Source: Candidatus Woesebacteria bacterium RIFCSPLOWO2_01_FULL_39_23 (GTDB lineage: Bacteria; Patescibacteriota; Microgenomatia; UBA8517). From it: DNA of 64,000 bases. The stretch spans positions 15,450 to 79,449 of the forward strand of contig MGHG01000009.1 in assembly GCA_001793095.1 (NCBI GenBank), read 5' to 3'. The notes under the pieces are model-generated. The model did not search any database, had not been told where the DNA came from, and saw only the letters and a list, made by a program, of their open reading frames with translations. Below, in pieces: positions 30,694-39,970 of the stretch; the first letter of the stretch is position 1; each line of letters starts with the position of its first letter. Position numbers and translations under genes: made by a program.

Positions 30694-32716
30694 TTATTTT
30701 TTCTAGGTCATCAGTTATCTTATCATCCCAAAAAGACTTTGCGGTATCAAAACCATTTTTTATTAACCTTTTAGTTTTGTTTGTATTTCTAATGGTTTTT
30801 CTGATTAAGTCTTTTTCCCAAAGATCTTCTAAATTATTTACTATAATAGCATTATGATTATTCTTGGCATATTCAAGAACTCCACCATTATTTGTTGAAA
30901 CAACTAAGCAACCCGATGCCATAGCTTCCAATCCAGGTATTGGCATTCCCTCTGTTCGACTTGTCGAAAGTAGTACGTCGTGTTTTCGATAAAGTTTAAT
31001 AATTTCTTCTTTCGGGGGATCAGAAATAAACTTGTCGAACAGCTTAGAATAAGGTTTTTTTTCTCTGCTTACTAACGTAAATGAATAGTCTCCATTTTTA
31101 TTCTTTAGCATTTTTACAACTTTTGTCAAAAGGTCCGTTCCCTTAACAGTAGTGTACCAAGATATTACAGAAAGCACTTTAGTCCGTCTGTTATAAAATT
31201 TCCTATTTAAAGAATTTTGCTTTTCTTGCTGACTCATTCTGAACCTTTTATCTAAAATACAATATGTTATTTTCTGAACATTGGAATTCCCGATTTCCTT
31301 AACTTTAGATTCCATAAATTTACTATGAACAATATTTTTAGTGGGTAGTTTGTAAGCATATTCCGCTAGTTTTTTAAAACCGATGAAATTGTGCATGCTC
31401 GGTCCCCAATCTTGTGAAAAAAAGAACTTCTTCTTTGCACGCATAAAATATAAAATATATGCTGTTGGCCAAAAAGTTGCGATGAGGACATCGGGTGCTT
31501 TCTTGAAACACGCCAAGATGAAATTATCGCAGTCGGCTTGTAATTTAAACCAATTTTGTTTTCTTCCCAGCAAAAAGAAGATATTTACGTGATAGCCTTT
31601 GTCTATAAAATTATTTGCTTGTTTAAACACGATTTCACTTCCAGTATTTTTAGAAGTATTAAATACTAAATAGCTGATATTTCCCTTTGAGGACCACTCG
31701 AGTGTGCTAAAAGTCTTTTTCTTTTTGAGGTAGTGATCAAAAATAATGCTTCCTGGGTAAATTGGAAGTTTGTCATTATTTAACCCCCGTTTTCTGAAAA
31801 GCCTGATGTAAAAACCGTGTTTAATAAAATCTAGATGCGCAAAAAACAAAGATTTTAAGTAAGGTCTTTGTCTACTGACGAAGTAATAGACATATGCAAC
31901 AATTTCTTGACCTATTCTGGCAGGAAGAATCTTAATGAGAGCTCGCCTATCAAGATTCCTGATAAGTATGTAAAGGTTATTACGATGTTCCCAATACCTT
32001 TTTAAAACAACATTTTTACTGGCTGATGCAGCAACCTTGTGATAAACAGTTGAATCTGAGGTGAATACAACTTTATAACCTGCACGCCATACGCGCCAAC
32101 AAAAATCAATTTCTTCCATATAATTAAAAAGGTCTTCATTAAATAAGCCACCGACCTTGTCAATAATGGACTTTCTGATTATGCAGGCTGAACCACTCGC
32201 CCAAAATATTGGCCAAGTGCCATCGTATTGTCCCGTATCTACTTCTTGGGTATTAAATATTCTCCCTCGTGTAAAAGGAAAACCGTATTTATCGATAAAG
32301 CCTCCTGCAGCGCCGGCATAGTCAAAGTAATTTTTTCTCTGTATCATTTTGATTTTCGGTTGAACAACTGCTATTTGTTTATCGTTTTCTATCAATAAGA
32401 CCAACGAATTTAACCAATTTGGGGTAACCTTGGTATCATTATTCAGAAGTACAATATATTTACCTGTTGTTTTTTTCAGTGCCCAATTATTACCTCCGGT
32501 AAAACCAAGATTTTTTTTAAACCGATATGTTTTAACAAAATCTTTAAATCTATTTTCCAAAATTACTGCCTCATTAATTTTTGAACCGTTATCGATTAAA
32601 ATTATTTCAAAGTTTGGATATTTTGTTTTTATTAAAGAGTTAAGACATTTAACTGTATCTTGTAAGCCATTAAAATTGAGAATTACTACTGATACTTTCG
32701 GAATATTTTTTTTCAT
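30680..32716 (-). CDS. Bifunctional glycosyltransferase: N-terminal GT2 domain fused to C-terminal GT1/GT4 domain
   Basis: VSVVILNFNG...IILIDNGS (GT2 DxD region) at the N-terminus. EGMPIPGLEAMASGCLVVSTNNGG (GT4 E-x7-E region) at the C-terminus. Confidence 0.7.
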   Translation of the reverse strand: MKKNIPKVSVVILNFNGLQDTVKCLNSLIKTKYPNFEIILIDNGSKINEAVILENRFKDFVKTYRFKKNLGFTGGNNWALKKTTGKYIVLLNNDTKVTPNWLNSLVLLIENDKQIAVVQPKIKMIQRKNYFDYAGAAGGFIDKYGFPFTRGRIFNTQEVDTGQYDGTWPIFWASGSACIIRKSIIDKVGGLFNEDLFNYMEEIDFCWRVWRAGYKVVFTSDSTVYHKVAASASKNVVLKRYWEHRNNLYILIRNLDRRALIKILPARIGQEIVAYVYYFVSRQRPYLKSLFFAHLDFIKHGFYIRLFRKRGLNNDKLPIYPGSIIFDHYLKKKKTFSTLEWSSKGNISYLVFNTSKNTGSEIVFKQANNFIDKGYHVNIFFLLGRKQNWFKLQADCDNFILACFKKAPDVLIATFWPTAYILYFMRAKKKFFFSQDWGPSMHNFIGFKKLAEYAYKLPTKNIVHSKFMESKVKEIGNSNVQKITYCILDKRFRMSQQEKQNSLNRKFYNRRTKVLSVISWYTTVKGTDLLTKVVKMLKNKNGDYSFTLVSREKKPYSKLFDKFISDPPKEEIIKLYRKHDVLLSTSRTEGMPIPGLEAMASGCLVVSTNNGGVLEYAKNNHNAIIVNNLEDLWEKDLIRKTIRNTNKTKRLIKNGFDTAKSFWDDKITDDLEKIIGIN

Positions 32717-33648
32717 ACTATGGACACCCTTTCTTTTTGAAGTATTAGATAAAGCTTGTAGAAGATATTTAAAATAATATTTTTAGGGAAAAAGGATTGT
32801 AAATAGAAAATATAGCTTTTAATGAATAGAGGCCGTTCTTTAATCAGTTTTAGAAAAGTCTTCCTTGAACTACTGCTATTACCTTCATAATAATTTTGTA
32901 TTGCATGGTAATAATAAGTGAGAAATTTAAAATCACATTGGAGCCTTTTTTGTATGGGTTGTGAATATGTGATCAAATGAGAGTATCGAATCCGGCTGTT
33001 GTTGTATATAACCTTATGTATGTTTTTAGTTAAGTTGGCACCATGCACGTTATAGGAATATGAGGGGTGATTTAGATAACCAAAGGGATATTTTTTTGCA
33101 AGCCTAAGCCATAATTCGAAATCTTCCACGGGTTCATATTTTTTTTGAAATAATTTAATTCCGACGAGAGCCTGTTTACGAACCATAACTGAGGGACAAA
33201 TAAGATAATTTTTTTTTAGCAATAGTGAAAGATAGGTATTTTCCGGCACATGATTAATGTATAAGAATTGTTTATTGTGTAAATAAAAATATGCATTTGT
33301 ATAACAGAACACACACCTGCTATTTAATTTTAAAAACTTAACTTGTTTATTGATTTTATCAGGTTTAATAGTATCGTCGTCGTCAAGAAAACAGATATAT
33401 TTGCCTTTAGCTTTTTTAAGGCCGTAGTTTCTGGAATCTGCAGGCCCACTGTTTTTTTTACGATAATACTTAATTCGCTTGTCGTTATCTCTTTTAACTA
33501 CTTGTTCAGTGTTGTCATTCGATCCGTCATCAACAACTATTATTTCAAGATTGGTATAGTCCTGTTTGGTTACGCTGTCCAGAGCTCTTTGTAACATTAC
33601 TACCCTATTGTAAGTAGGTATGATCACACTTACGAGACAGTCATTCAT
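32713..33648 (-). CDS. Family 2 glycosyltransferase
   Basis: VSVIIPTYNRVVMLQRALDSV...LEIIVVDDGSNDNT is a classic GT2 N-terminus. Confidence 0.75.
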   Translation of the reverse strand: MNDCLVSVIIPTYNRVVMLQRALDSVTKQDYTNLEIIVVDDGSNDNTEQVVKRDNDKRIKYYRKKNSGPADSRNYGLKKAKGKYICFLDDDDTIKPDKINKQVKFLKLNSRCVFCYTNAYFYLHNKQFLYINHVPENTYLSLLLKKNYLICPSVMVRKQALVGIKLFQKKYEPVEDFELWLRLAKKYPFGYLNHPSYSYNVHGANLTKNIHKVIYNNSRIRYSHLITYSQPIQKRLQCDFKFLTYYYHAIQNYYEGNSSSSRKTFLKLIKERPLFIKSYIFYLQSFFPKNIILNIFYKLYLILQKERVSIV

Positions 33649-33760
33649 GATCTGAGAATAATATATAGTTGGTTAAATTACCATGATTGAATTATGATTT
33701 ATTTATTAGTTTTTAATATGAGTACATCAAGTTTATATTTCCGGTTGAAATTAGTTCCAA

Positions 33761-33790
33761 TTGACATACTAAATAAAGTACAGATAGAAT
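33761..33790 (+). promoter_or_regulatory. Sigma70-like promoter for the second pilin gene
   Basis: TTGACA, a 17-18-bp spacer, then ATAGAAT. Confidence 0.4.
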
Positions 33791-33843
33791 GAAATAATTA
33801 GAATAAGCGAGGGGGTGAAAAAAATTTAATACTTACTGCCTAT

Positions 33844-34449
33844 ATGAAGAAGATAAAAAATATTAAGTTATATGGCTTCACCCTTATAGAACTTCTAATT
33901 GTACTTGCAATTTTGGGGGTTTTAGCCGTTGTAGTACTCATCGCCATTAATCCAACCCAACAGTTGGCCAAAGGCAGAGATACTGGTAGAAAGTCATCAG
34001 TTACACAATTGGGGCGGGAGTTAGCTTCTTATTTTACTGCCCGTGCAATTTTTCCAAGAAACAACAATTGCACTAATATGACTAGTAACTGGATGGATTG
34101 TTTAGTTGCGGCGGGATCTTTAAGAGAAATTGTCGGTCCGATAAACTATAGTGCTAACGCAAGATGTAAAACCGCTGGAGGCGGTGGATCGTCGCTTTGT
34201 CCTTGTACAACAGGTACGGGTGCAGGTTTACAGTGGGGAGTGCAAAATGACTGGTGTTATGTAGTGCAATCGGCGTTAGGTGATGCTGCGGTTGTATACG
34301 CACCTTTAGAATCAGATACCCTTACAAGATCATGTCCTGCCGGACAATGGGCTTATTTTATTTGGTCTAGTGCTGATGCGCGCGCAGGAACAATCTGCAC
34401 GGCTGCAGGTTCGAGACCGGCTCCCGGAACACATACATTTATAGATTAA
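33844..34449 (+). CDS. Major type IV pilin paralog
   Basis: YG|FTLIELLIVLAILGVLAVVVLIAINPTQQLAKGRDTGRKS. About 60 N-terminal residues are nearly identical to the 27970 pilin. The C-terminal region differs. Confidence 0.8.
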   Translation: MKKIKNIKLYGFTLIELLIVLAILGVLAVVVLIAINPTQQLAKGRDTGRKSSVTQLGRELASYFTARAIFPRNNNCTNMTSNWMDCLVAAGSLREIVGPINYSANARCKTAGGGGSSLCPCTTGTGAGLQWGVQNDWCYVVQSALGDAAVVYAPLESDTLTRSCPAGQWAYFIWSSADARAGTICTAAGSRPAPGTHTFID

Positions 34450-34479
34450 GAAAGGGGAATATTTTCTGTCCAACCGTAT

Positions 34480-35289
34480 TTGGTGTTAATAATCATTTTA
34501 TATTTACTGGTTTCTGTACTGGGCTTGGTAGCGGGTTCTTTTATTAGTGCTTTGTCTTATCGTCTGCCTCTTGGAATAAAAATTACTAAGGGGAGGTCGT
34601 TTTGTGATAATTGTGGGACGAAAATTGCCTGGTATGATAATATACCTGTCTTTTCTTACTTTTTATTAGATGGGAAGTGTCGATGTTGTAAAAAAGAGAT
34701 TTCACTACGCTACAGTTTAATTGAATTTTCTACACTTCTCGTCTTTTTATCCATTGCCTATTTCTATGTGAGTTGTGTTTCTACTCTTGGTAGTGCGGTT
34801 TGCCAGTGGCGAAATCTTTTGGGATCCGGAGCACTCCCCTACCTTCTAATGCTAGCGGCGGGTTTTGTAACACTTGCAGTCATTGATTTGGAACATCAGA
34901 TGATTCCGGATAAAATCACGCTATCTTTATTTGCGATAACGTCATTGATCCTTATTTTTTTAAACCCCGATTATGCTTATCAAAGTTTTCTGGCAGGATT
35001 CCTAGCAGCACTTTTTCTTCTTCTAATCCATCTTGCAACCAAAGGTAAAGGTATGGGGCTGGGAGACGTTAAACTGGCGCTATTGGGCGGTGTGATATTG
35101 GGGTGGAGATCGACAGTCCCCTGGTTAATGCTTAGTTTTATCATAGGTGCGGTAGTAGGATTAATTTTGATTTTATTTGGGAAAGCAAAGTTTGGTAAAC
35201 ACATTCCGTTCGGACCGTTTTTGGTTGTATCTTTTTTTCTGGCATTGGTATTTGGAGACAGAATGTTTAGTAGCATCCTTCGATTATGA
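34480..35289 (+). CDS. pilD: Prepilin peptidase / N-methyltransferase PilD (A24 family)
   Basis: N-terminal CxxC...CxxC zinc region (CDNCGTKI...CRCCKKEI), the two catalytic Asp segments, and polytopic topology. Confidence 0.85.
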   Translation: MVLIIILYLLVSVLGLVAGSFISALSYRLPLGIKITKGRSFCDNCGTKIAWYDNIPVFSYFLLDGKCRCCKKEISLRYSLIEFSTLLVFLSIAYFYVSCVSTLGSAVCQWRNLLGSGALPYLLMLAAGFVTLAVIDLEHQMIPDKITLSLFAITSLILIFLNPDYAYQSFLAGFLAALFLLLIHLATKGKGMGLGDVKLALLGGVILGWRSTVPWLMLSFIIGAVVGLILILFGKAKFGKHIPFGPFLVVSFFLALVFGDRMFSSILRL

Positions 35290-35885
35290 AGCCTTTTACC
35301 AAAAGTGAAATTAAAGGTGTATCGATCATCTTACTGGTTATATTCAGCGTTACTGCTATTAACCTAAAAGTGGCTCTTAGGCGTGCGCGGGATGCACAAA
35401 GGAGAGATGATGTGGGTGCGCTGGATTCGGCGTTAAATAAGTATCAGGTTGATTTTGGTTTTTTCCCCCCTTCGACAACAGATGGTAAAATTCTAGCCTG
35501 TAAAGGCCCGAATTATTCGCCCTTGCCGGAAAATATGGAAAAAGAAGAAAGGATGAAAGCCTTTTTAGCGATGCTTAAGGGTTGCGTTTGGGGTAAAGAT
35601 GCTTTTAGGGATGTAAACGACGACTCCTATCCCCCGTATATAAAAATACTGCCGGCTGATCCGAAATCAGATGAAGGTATAAGCTATTTTTATATTTCGA
35701 ACGGCAACCGTTTTCAGATATATACTTATTTGGAGGGAGGAGATGGCGAAATCGGCTTTCGACAGGGAATTGTAGACCGTCAACTCCCCTGCGGTAACCA
35801 GATTTGCAACTTTGGACGATCCTATGGCGCGACCCCACTTGAAAAATCCATCGAAGAGTACGAGAATGATATATTGGGGAAATAA
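35286..35885 (+). CDS. Atypical GspG-like pseudopilin lacking a canonical G|FTLxE cleavage motif
   Basis: Hydrophobic N-helix followed by RRARDAQRRDD (pseudopilin-like). ILPADPKSDEGISYFY resembles the GspG ADPWG region. No Glu+5. Confidence 0.45.
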   Translation: MKPFTKSEIKGVSIILLVIFSVTAINLKVALRRARDAQRRDDVGALDSALNKYQVDFGFFPPSTTDGKILACKGPNYSPLPENMEKEERMKAFLAMLKGCVWGKDAFRDVNDDSYPPYIKILPADPKSDEGISYFYISNGNRFQIYTYLEGGDGEIGFRQGIVDRQLPCGNQICNFGRSYGATPLEKSIEEYENDILGK

Positions 35886-35924
35886 GCCTTTAACTTATAA
35901 CTAACTACTTATAACTTAATAAAC

Positions 35925-36482
35925 ATGCCTACTTTTAAAAAATCTTTAGTCATCAGTCCCAAGTCGCCAGTTAATTTGGGCTTTACACTTATCGAGATGT
36001 TGATAGTCATGGCGATGATAGCTCTTTTGGCAACATTATTTATTACAGGTTTTCCGGCTTCGCAGCGCAGGGCGCGGGATGCCCAAAGACGGAGTGATCT
36101 GAATAATTACAACGCACTTTTACGCGAATATGGAAGCCGGCACGAAGGTTTATACCCGGGTGCAAACGGCAGTGGTATTGAAATGAAATGCGGCGGAATG
36201 GGGTGTATTGGACTTTATTTATGCAACCTTTTAGGTATAAGTAGCACTGCATGTCACGTTGATCGGTATGATAGGCAGACTGAGTGTTTCAATAATGAGT
36301 TGTGCATTTATTATTATCAGGGAAGTAGTTGCGACGACGGCAGTGCGTGTGCTGAAAGTTTTGTCTTAAGAGCAAGGCTTGAGAGCGAAGCGGGGTGGGT
36401 GTACTACTGCTCAAATGGCTCAAATGGAATTGCCGCAGAGGGAACAACCTGGGATACTTTAGCCGGTTACTGTCCGATATAG
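35925..36482 (+). CDS. Prepilin-type minor pilin / pseudopilin
   Basis: LG|FTLIEMLIVMAMIALLATL plus ARDAQRRSDL. Confidence 0.75.
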   Translation: MPTFKKSLVISPKSPVNLGFTLIEMLIVMAMIALLATLFITGFPASQRRARDAQRRSDLNNYNALLREYGSRHEGLYPGANGSGIEMKCGGMGCIGLYLCNLLGISSTACHVDRYDRQTECFNNELCIYYYQGSSCDDGSACAESFVLRARLESEAGWVYYCSNGSNGIAAEGTTWDTLAGYCPI

Positions 36483-36485
36483 TGT

Positions 36486-37061
36486 ATGGTAAAAGTCATG
36501 AGTCTCAAGTCTCTCCGAGCAGGAGGTCTCTCCGAGCCGGAGGCAAAAGTCAAAAGTTATTCTGGTTTTACTTTGGTCGAGATGCTGGTGGTCCTGGCAA
36601 TAATAGTTGTCATTTTATCTATGTCGGCATTTGGTATAGGGAGTTCTATGGAGTCAGCAAGAGATTCAAGAAGAAAAAACGATTTAAGGCAATATCACGA
36701 TCTATTAAAAGAATATGCCGGCAGGCATCAGGGTTTCTATCCGCAACGTACTGCAGTTGTTGCCGCATCCGATCTTAATAACGAGACAAACGACAGTTTG
36801 TGTAACGACTTGGGGTTAGATGCTGCGGATACAACAACTGATTGTCCGGGCGATCCAAGAGATGGTTCAACCAAAACGGTCGGAGCTTATACCTATACAC
36901 TTCGATATACATACATAACAACAGGAGGAACATGTACGGGCGGATCAGCCTGTGCTAGTGCTTATGTTTTGAGGGCAGTGTTAGAATCTTCGGACGTGTC
37001 GTGGAGTATAGATCAAGACGGCATTGTCCGGGAAAGCATATTGGGAATAGCAGGCGATTAA
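36486..37061 (+). CDS. Prepilin-type minor pilin whose 26-aa leader peptide is encoded by a palindromic repeat array
   Basis: SG|FTLVEMLVVLAIIVVIL. The leader MVKVMSLKSLRAGGLSEPEAKVKSY contains the CTCTCCGAGC(A/C)GGAGG x2 repeat at 36505-36545. There is no alternative downstream start. Confidence 0.7.
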   Translation: MVKVMSLKSLRAGGLSEPEAKVKSYSGFTLVEMLVVLAIIVVILSMSAFGIGSSMESARDSRRKNDLRQYHDLLKEYAGRHQGFYPQRTAVVAASDLNNETNDSLCNDLGLDAADTTTDCPGDPRDGSTKTVGAYTYTLRYTYITTGGTCTGGSACASAYVLRAVLESSDVSWSIDQDGIVRESILGIAGD

Positions 37062-37064
37062 TAT

Positions 37065-37568
37065 ATGTTGAGTAGAAATTTAGGTTTCACATTGGTCGAG
37101 ATGCTTGTCGTTTTGGCGATTATCGCAATTATCGCTGCCGTCTCGGGAATCGGTATGCGCAATTCATTCGAATCAGCACGTGATGCCCAAAGGAAGTCTG
37201 ACTTAAGACAGTACCAGACAGCGCTTGAGCGCCAGGCAAATAATAATAACGGTTTTTATGAATCGAGAACAACCGCTGTCGACGCTCCTGGCGCAGCAGG
37301 TACTTTATGTGCTGATTTAGTCCTGACTAGCTGTCCTGTTGATCCAAGAAGATGTGCTGACACCACATGTACTGCTTTGAAAGACAATACTTGGATACAA
37401 TATACATATATTAGTGACGGCACCGGTTCCGGGAATCCGACCGGCAGGAATTATGTATTGTGGGCAAGACTTGAGAATGTTACAACGACTACCTATTGGG
37501 AAATATGCTCTAATGGAAAATCGGGTACGGTAACTACGGCTCCCACTAATTCAACCTGCGACCTTTAA
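37065..37568 (+). CDS. Prepilin-type minor pilin / pseudopilin
   Basis: LG|FTLVEMLVVLAIIAIIAAV plus ARDAQRKSDL. Confidence 0.75.
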   Translation: MLSRNLGFTLVEMLVVLAIIAIIAAVSGIGMRNSFESARDAQRKSDLRQYQTALERQANNNNGFYESRTTAVDAPGAAGTLCADLVLTSCPVDPRRCADTTCTALKDNTWIQYTYISDGTGSGNPTGRNYVLWARLENVTTTTYWEICSNGKSGTVTTAPTNSTCDL

Positions 37569-37570
37569 AT

Positions 37571-38194
37571 ATGATTAATAAACAACTCATGCCTAAGAGG
37601 CATAAGTTTTCTCGCCAAAGCTCGAAGAGTTTGTTCACTGCTTCGCTTCAGCACAGGGCTAAAAGCCCTGAGTTTTCGCGAAGTATGAATAAATTGCACC
37701 ATGCCTTTACTCTTGTTGAACTTCTTGTAGTAATAGCAATAATTGTGATGCTTTTGGCCGCTTCCCTGATTGGTATACAGGGGTCAAAAGAAACAACAAG
37801 AGATGTGAGAAGGAAGGCTGATTTGGAAGCAATAAGAGAAGCGCTTGAGCTGTATAAAGCAGATAATAACGTTTATCCTTATTCTAATCCTGAAAACGCG
37901 TGTGATTCAAGCGAGGGATCATGCGGCACTGCTTGTACATCCGGAACAAATTCCTGCGGAGGCGTTGCCTGGGCAGCACCGATGACTAACCTTCAACCCA
38001 ATTTTATTGCTGATCTACCGGAAGACTCGATTAATGATGACACACATTTTTACTACTACGAACCCGTTTGTAATCAAACTTCGACTGTATGTGGCGTTTC
38101 GAAGACTTGTACGGGAATTAATAATTGCTGTGCGTACGAGCTGGGGACGCAGCTCGAAGCCGATTCGACATGGTATCGGGTCTGCAGTCCTTAG
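37571..38194 (+). CDS. Prepilin-type minor pilin (probable start at Met 37685, MNKLHHA|FTLVELL)
   Basis: FTLVELLVVIAIIVML with Glu+5. Ala at position -1 instead of Gly. Confidence 0.7.
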   Translation: MINKQLMPKRHKFSRQSSKSLFTASLQHRAKSPEFSRSMNKLHHAFTLVELLVVIAIIVMLLAASLIGIQGSKETTRDVRRKADLEAIREALELYKADNNVYPYSNPENACDSSEGSCGTACTSGTNSCGGVAWAAPMTNLQPNFIADLPEDSINDDTHFYYYEPVCNQTSTVCGVSKTCTGINNCCAYELGTQLEADSTWYRVCSP

Positions 38195-38203
38195 TCCACA
38201 AAA

Positions 38204-38740
38204 ATGATACATTTTCTTCGCAAGGGTTATTCACTAGTCGAACTTTTGGTCGTTATTTCGATAATTATGGTCGTTTTTACGATCGTTAATGCCAATTATC
38301 GTGCTTATACACGAAAAAGGGCACTTGACGGTGTAGCTGAAGGCATAAAAGCCGATATAAGACTTGCCCAAGAATATGCTATTTCCGGCAAGAAACCTGC
38401 TGGTTCGTGCGATGCCTTGCAGGGAATTTATTTTAGAAGAATGGCAGGTTCGTATTATAGAATAGAAGCATATTGTAAAGTGGGTGGTGTAAATAGAACT
38501 TGTACTACCTCCCCCGGATATCCGGATTTATGTTATAAAGATGCAGTATATTTACCTTCTGGCTATACTATGGGAAATATCGTACCAGTCACACCTCTGA
38601 ATAATATTATATATTTCAAACTTGGCGGGAGGGGAAATTATTTAGACCCAGCAAGTTCGCCTTACTCCATTACTATTACGCAACCTTATACTTCGGCGAC
38701 CAAGGCAATCTATTTTACGGCGGGAGGAGAAGTATATTGA
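38204..38740 (+). CDS. Prepilin-type minor pilin
   Basis: KG|YSLVELLVVISIIMVVF. Confidence 0.7.
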   Translation: MIHFLRKGYSLVELLVVISIIMVVFTIVNANYRAYTRKRALDGVAEGIKADIRLAQEYAISGKKPAGSCDALQGIYFRRMAGSYYRIEAYCKVGGVNRTCTTSPGYPDLCYKDAVYLPSGYTMGNIVPVTPLNNIIYFKLGGRGNYLDPASSPYSITITQPYTSATKAIYFTAGGEVY

Positions 38741-39279
38741 TGAAAACTAATAACTTAAAACTTATAACTAATAACTTTAATTTGGGTTTACCCCGTACAA
38801 ACGCTCCCCGATACCCGATCGGGGTAAGTTCTGTGCGGGGACAGTCGATGGTTGAAGTTGTGTTTGCCATCGGAATAGCAGCCATTATATTGACTACTGT
38901 TGTTTCCGTTTCAGTATCTTCAGTTCGAAATTCGACTTTTTCAAAATTAAACTCTCAGGCCAATAGATATGCTCAGGATCTGAGCGAATGGTTACGCCGC
39001 CAAAGAGATCTTGATTGGGCGACGTTTAAAGCTAAAGCGAATACAACGGGCATTACCTACTGTTTTAAAACACCAAACCCGACTGCCTGGCCGGCTTCGG
39101 GAGTTTGCGGTAGTTCAGATTTTATGACAGGGACGAAGTTTATAAGACAAGCAAAGTTAAGTCTACCAAGCACAGATCCGTTGGTATTATCCGAAGTAAC
39201 TGTATCCTGGACTGACAGTCAAGGAACACATTCCGTAGTTTCAATAACGAAATTGGTGGACTGGAGGGCGCAACCGTGA
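38737..39279 (+). CDS. Prepilin-type minor pilin with a long leader (PilV/PilW-like)
   Basis: RG|QSMVEVVFAIGIAAIILTT with Glu+5. 35-aa leader. Confidence 0.55.
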   Translation: MMKTNNLKLITNNFNLGLPRTNAPRYPIGVSSVRGQSMVEVVFAIGIAAIILTTVVSVSVSSVRNSTFSKLNSQANRYAQDLSEWLRRQRDLDWATFKAKANTTGITYCFKTPNPTAWPASGVCGSSDFMTGTKFIRQAKLSLPSTDPLVLSEVTVSWTDSQGTHSVVSITKLVDWRAQP

Positions 39280-39797
39280 GGCAGAAGGCATATTCGTTAG
39301 TTGAAATATTAATTGTGATAGCAGTTTTTGCGGTTTTATCTATCGTAAGTACAATGGTCATTCAAACTGTATTGAAAAATGCAAACAAAACTCAATCTCA
39401 AATTAATGTTCGGGAAAACCTTGGCTATGTCATGTCTGTAATTGAACGGCAATTACAGTTATCCAAAGGTATAACGGTATGCCCAATTATCGACCCTTAT
39501 AAAGTAGATTTTACTTCAGAAACGGGAGTTGCAGCTTCATTTGTTTGTGAAAATATAGGGCTAACCGATCCGCAGGTTGCATCATATTCGGGTGTAACTA
39601 CCCCCGCTACTAAATATCGACTTACATCCAGTAGCGTGATTATTGATTACTGTAATTTTAGCTGCACTCACACGTTAGGGCAAAGAGATCTTGTTAAATT
39701 TTCAATTTCCGGCCACCAATTAAATAATTTTGAAGCTGAAGGTGCAACAGTTGTCATGCAAACCGAAATTCTTCTCCGCAACTATTCGAAGTATTAA
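39276..39797 (+). CDS. Prepilin-type minor pilin
   Basis: KA|YSLVEILIVIAVFAVLSIV. Confidence 0.65.
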   Translation: MRQKAYSLVEILIVIAVFAVLSIVSTMVIQTVLKNANKTQSQINVRENLGYVMSVIERQLQLSKGITVCPIIDPYKVDFTSETGVAASFVCENIGLTDPQVASYSGVTTPATKYRLTSSSVIIDYCNFSCTHTLGQRDLVKFSISGHQLNNFEAEGATVVMQTEILLRNYSKY

Positions 39798-39936
39798 TGT
39801 AATCTTTTTACCGACCTCATAATTATTTTTTGATTTTATACGGTTTGATATGGTATAATATGCACACAAATGTATATTAATTGTTTTAGAATTTTGTTAT
39901 TTGATTTATTCGAGTTTAACTCGAGGTGATTTATAA

Positions 39937-39960
39937 CCCTCCTTAAAGGAGGGTTTTTTA
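39937..39960 (+). terminator. Rho-independent terminator after the minor-pilin operon
   Basis: CCCTCC-ttaaa-GGAGGG followed by TTTTTT. Confidence 0.7.
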
Positions 39961-39970
39961 AAGGTAAAGT

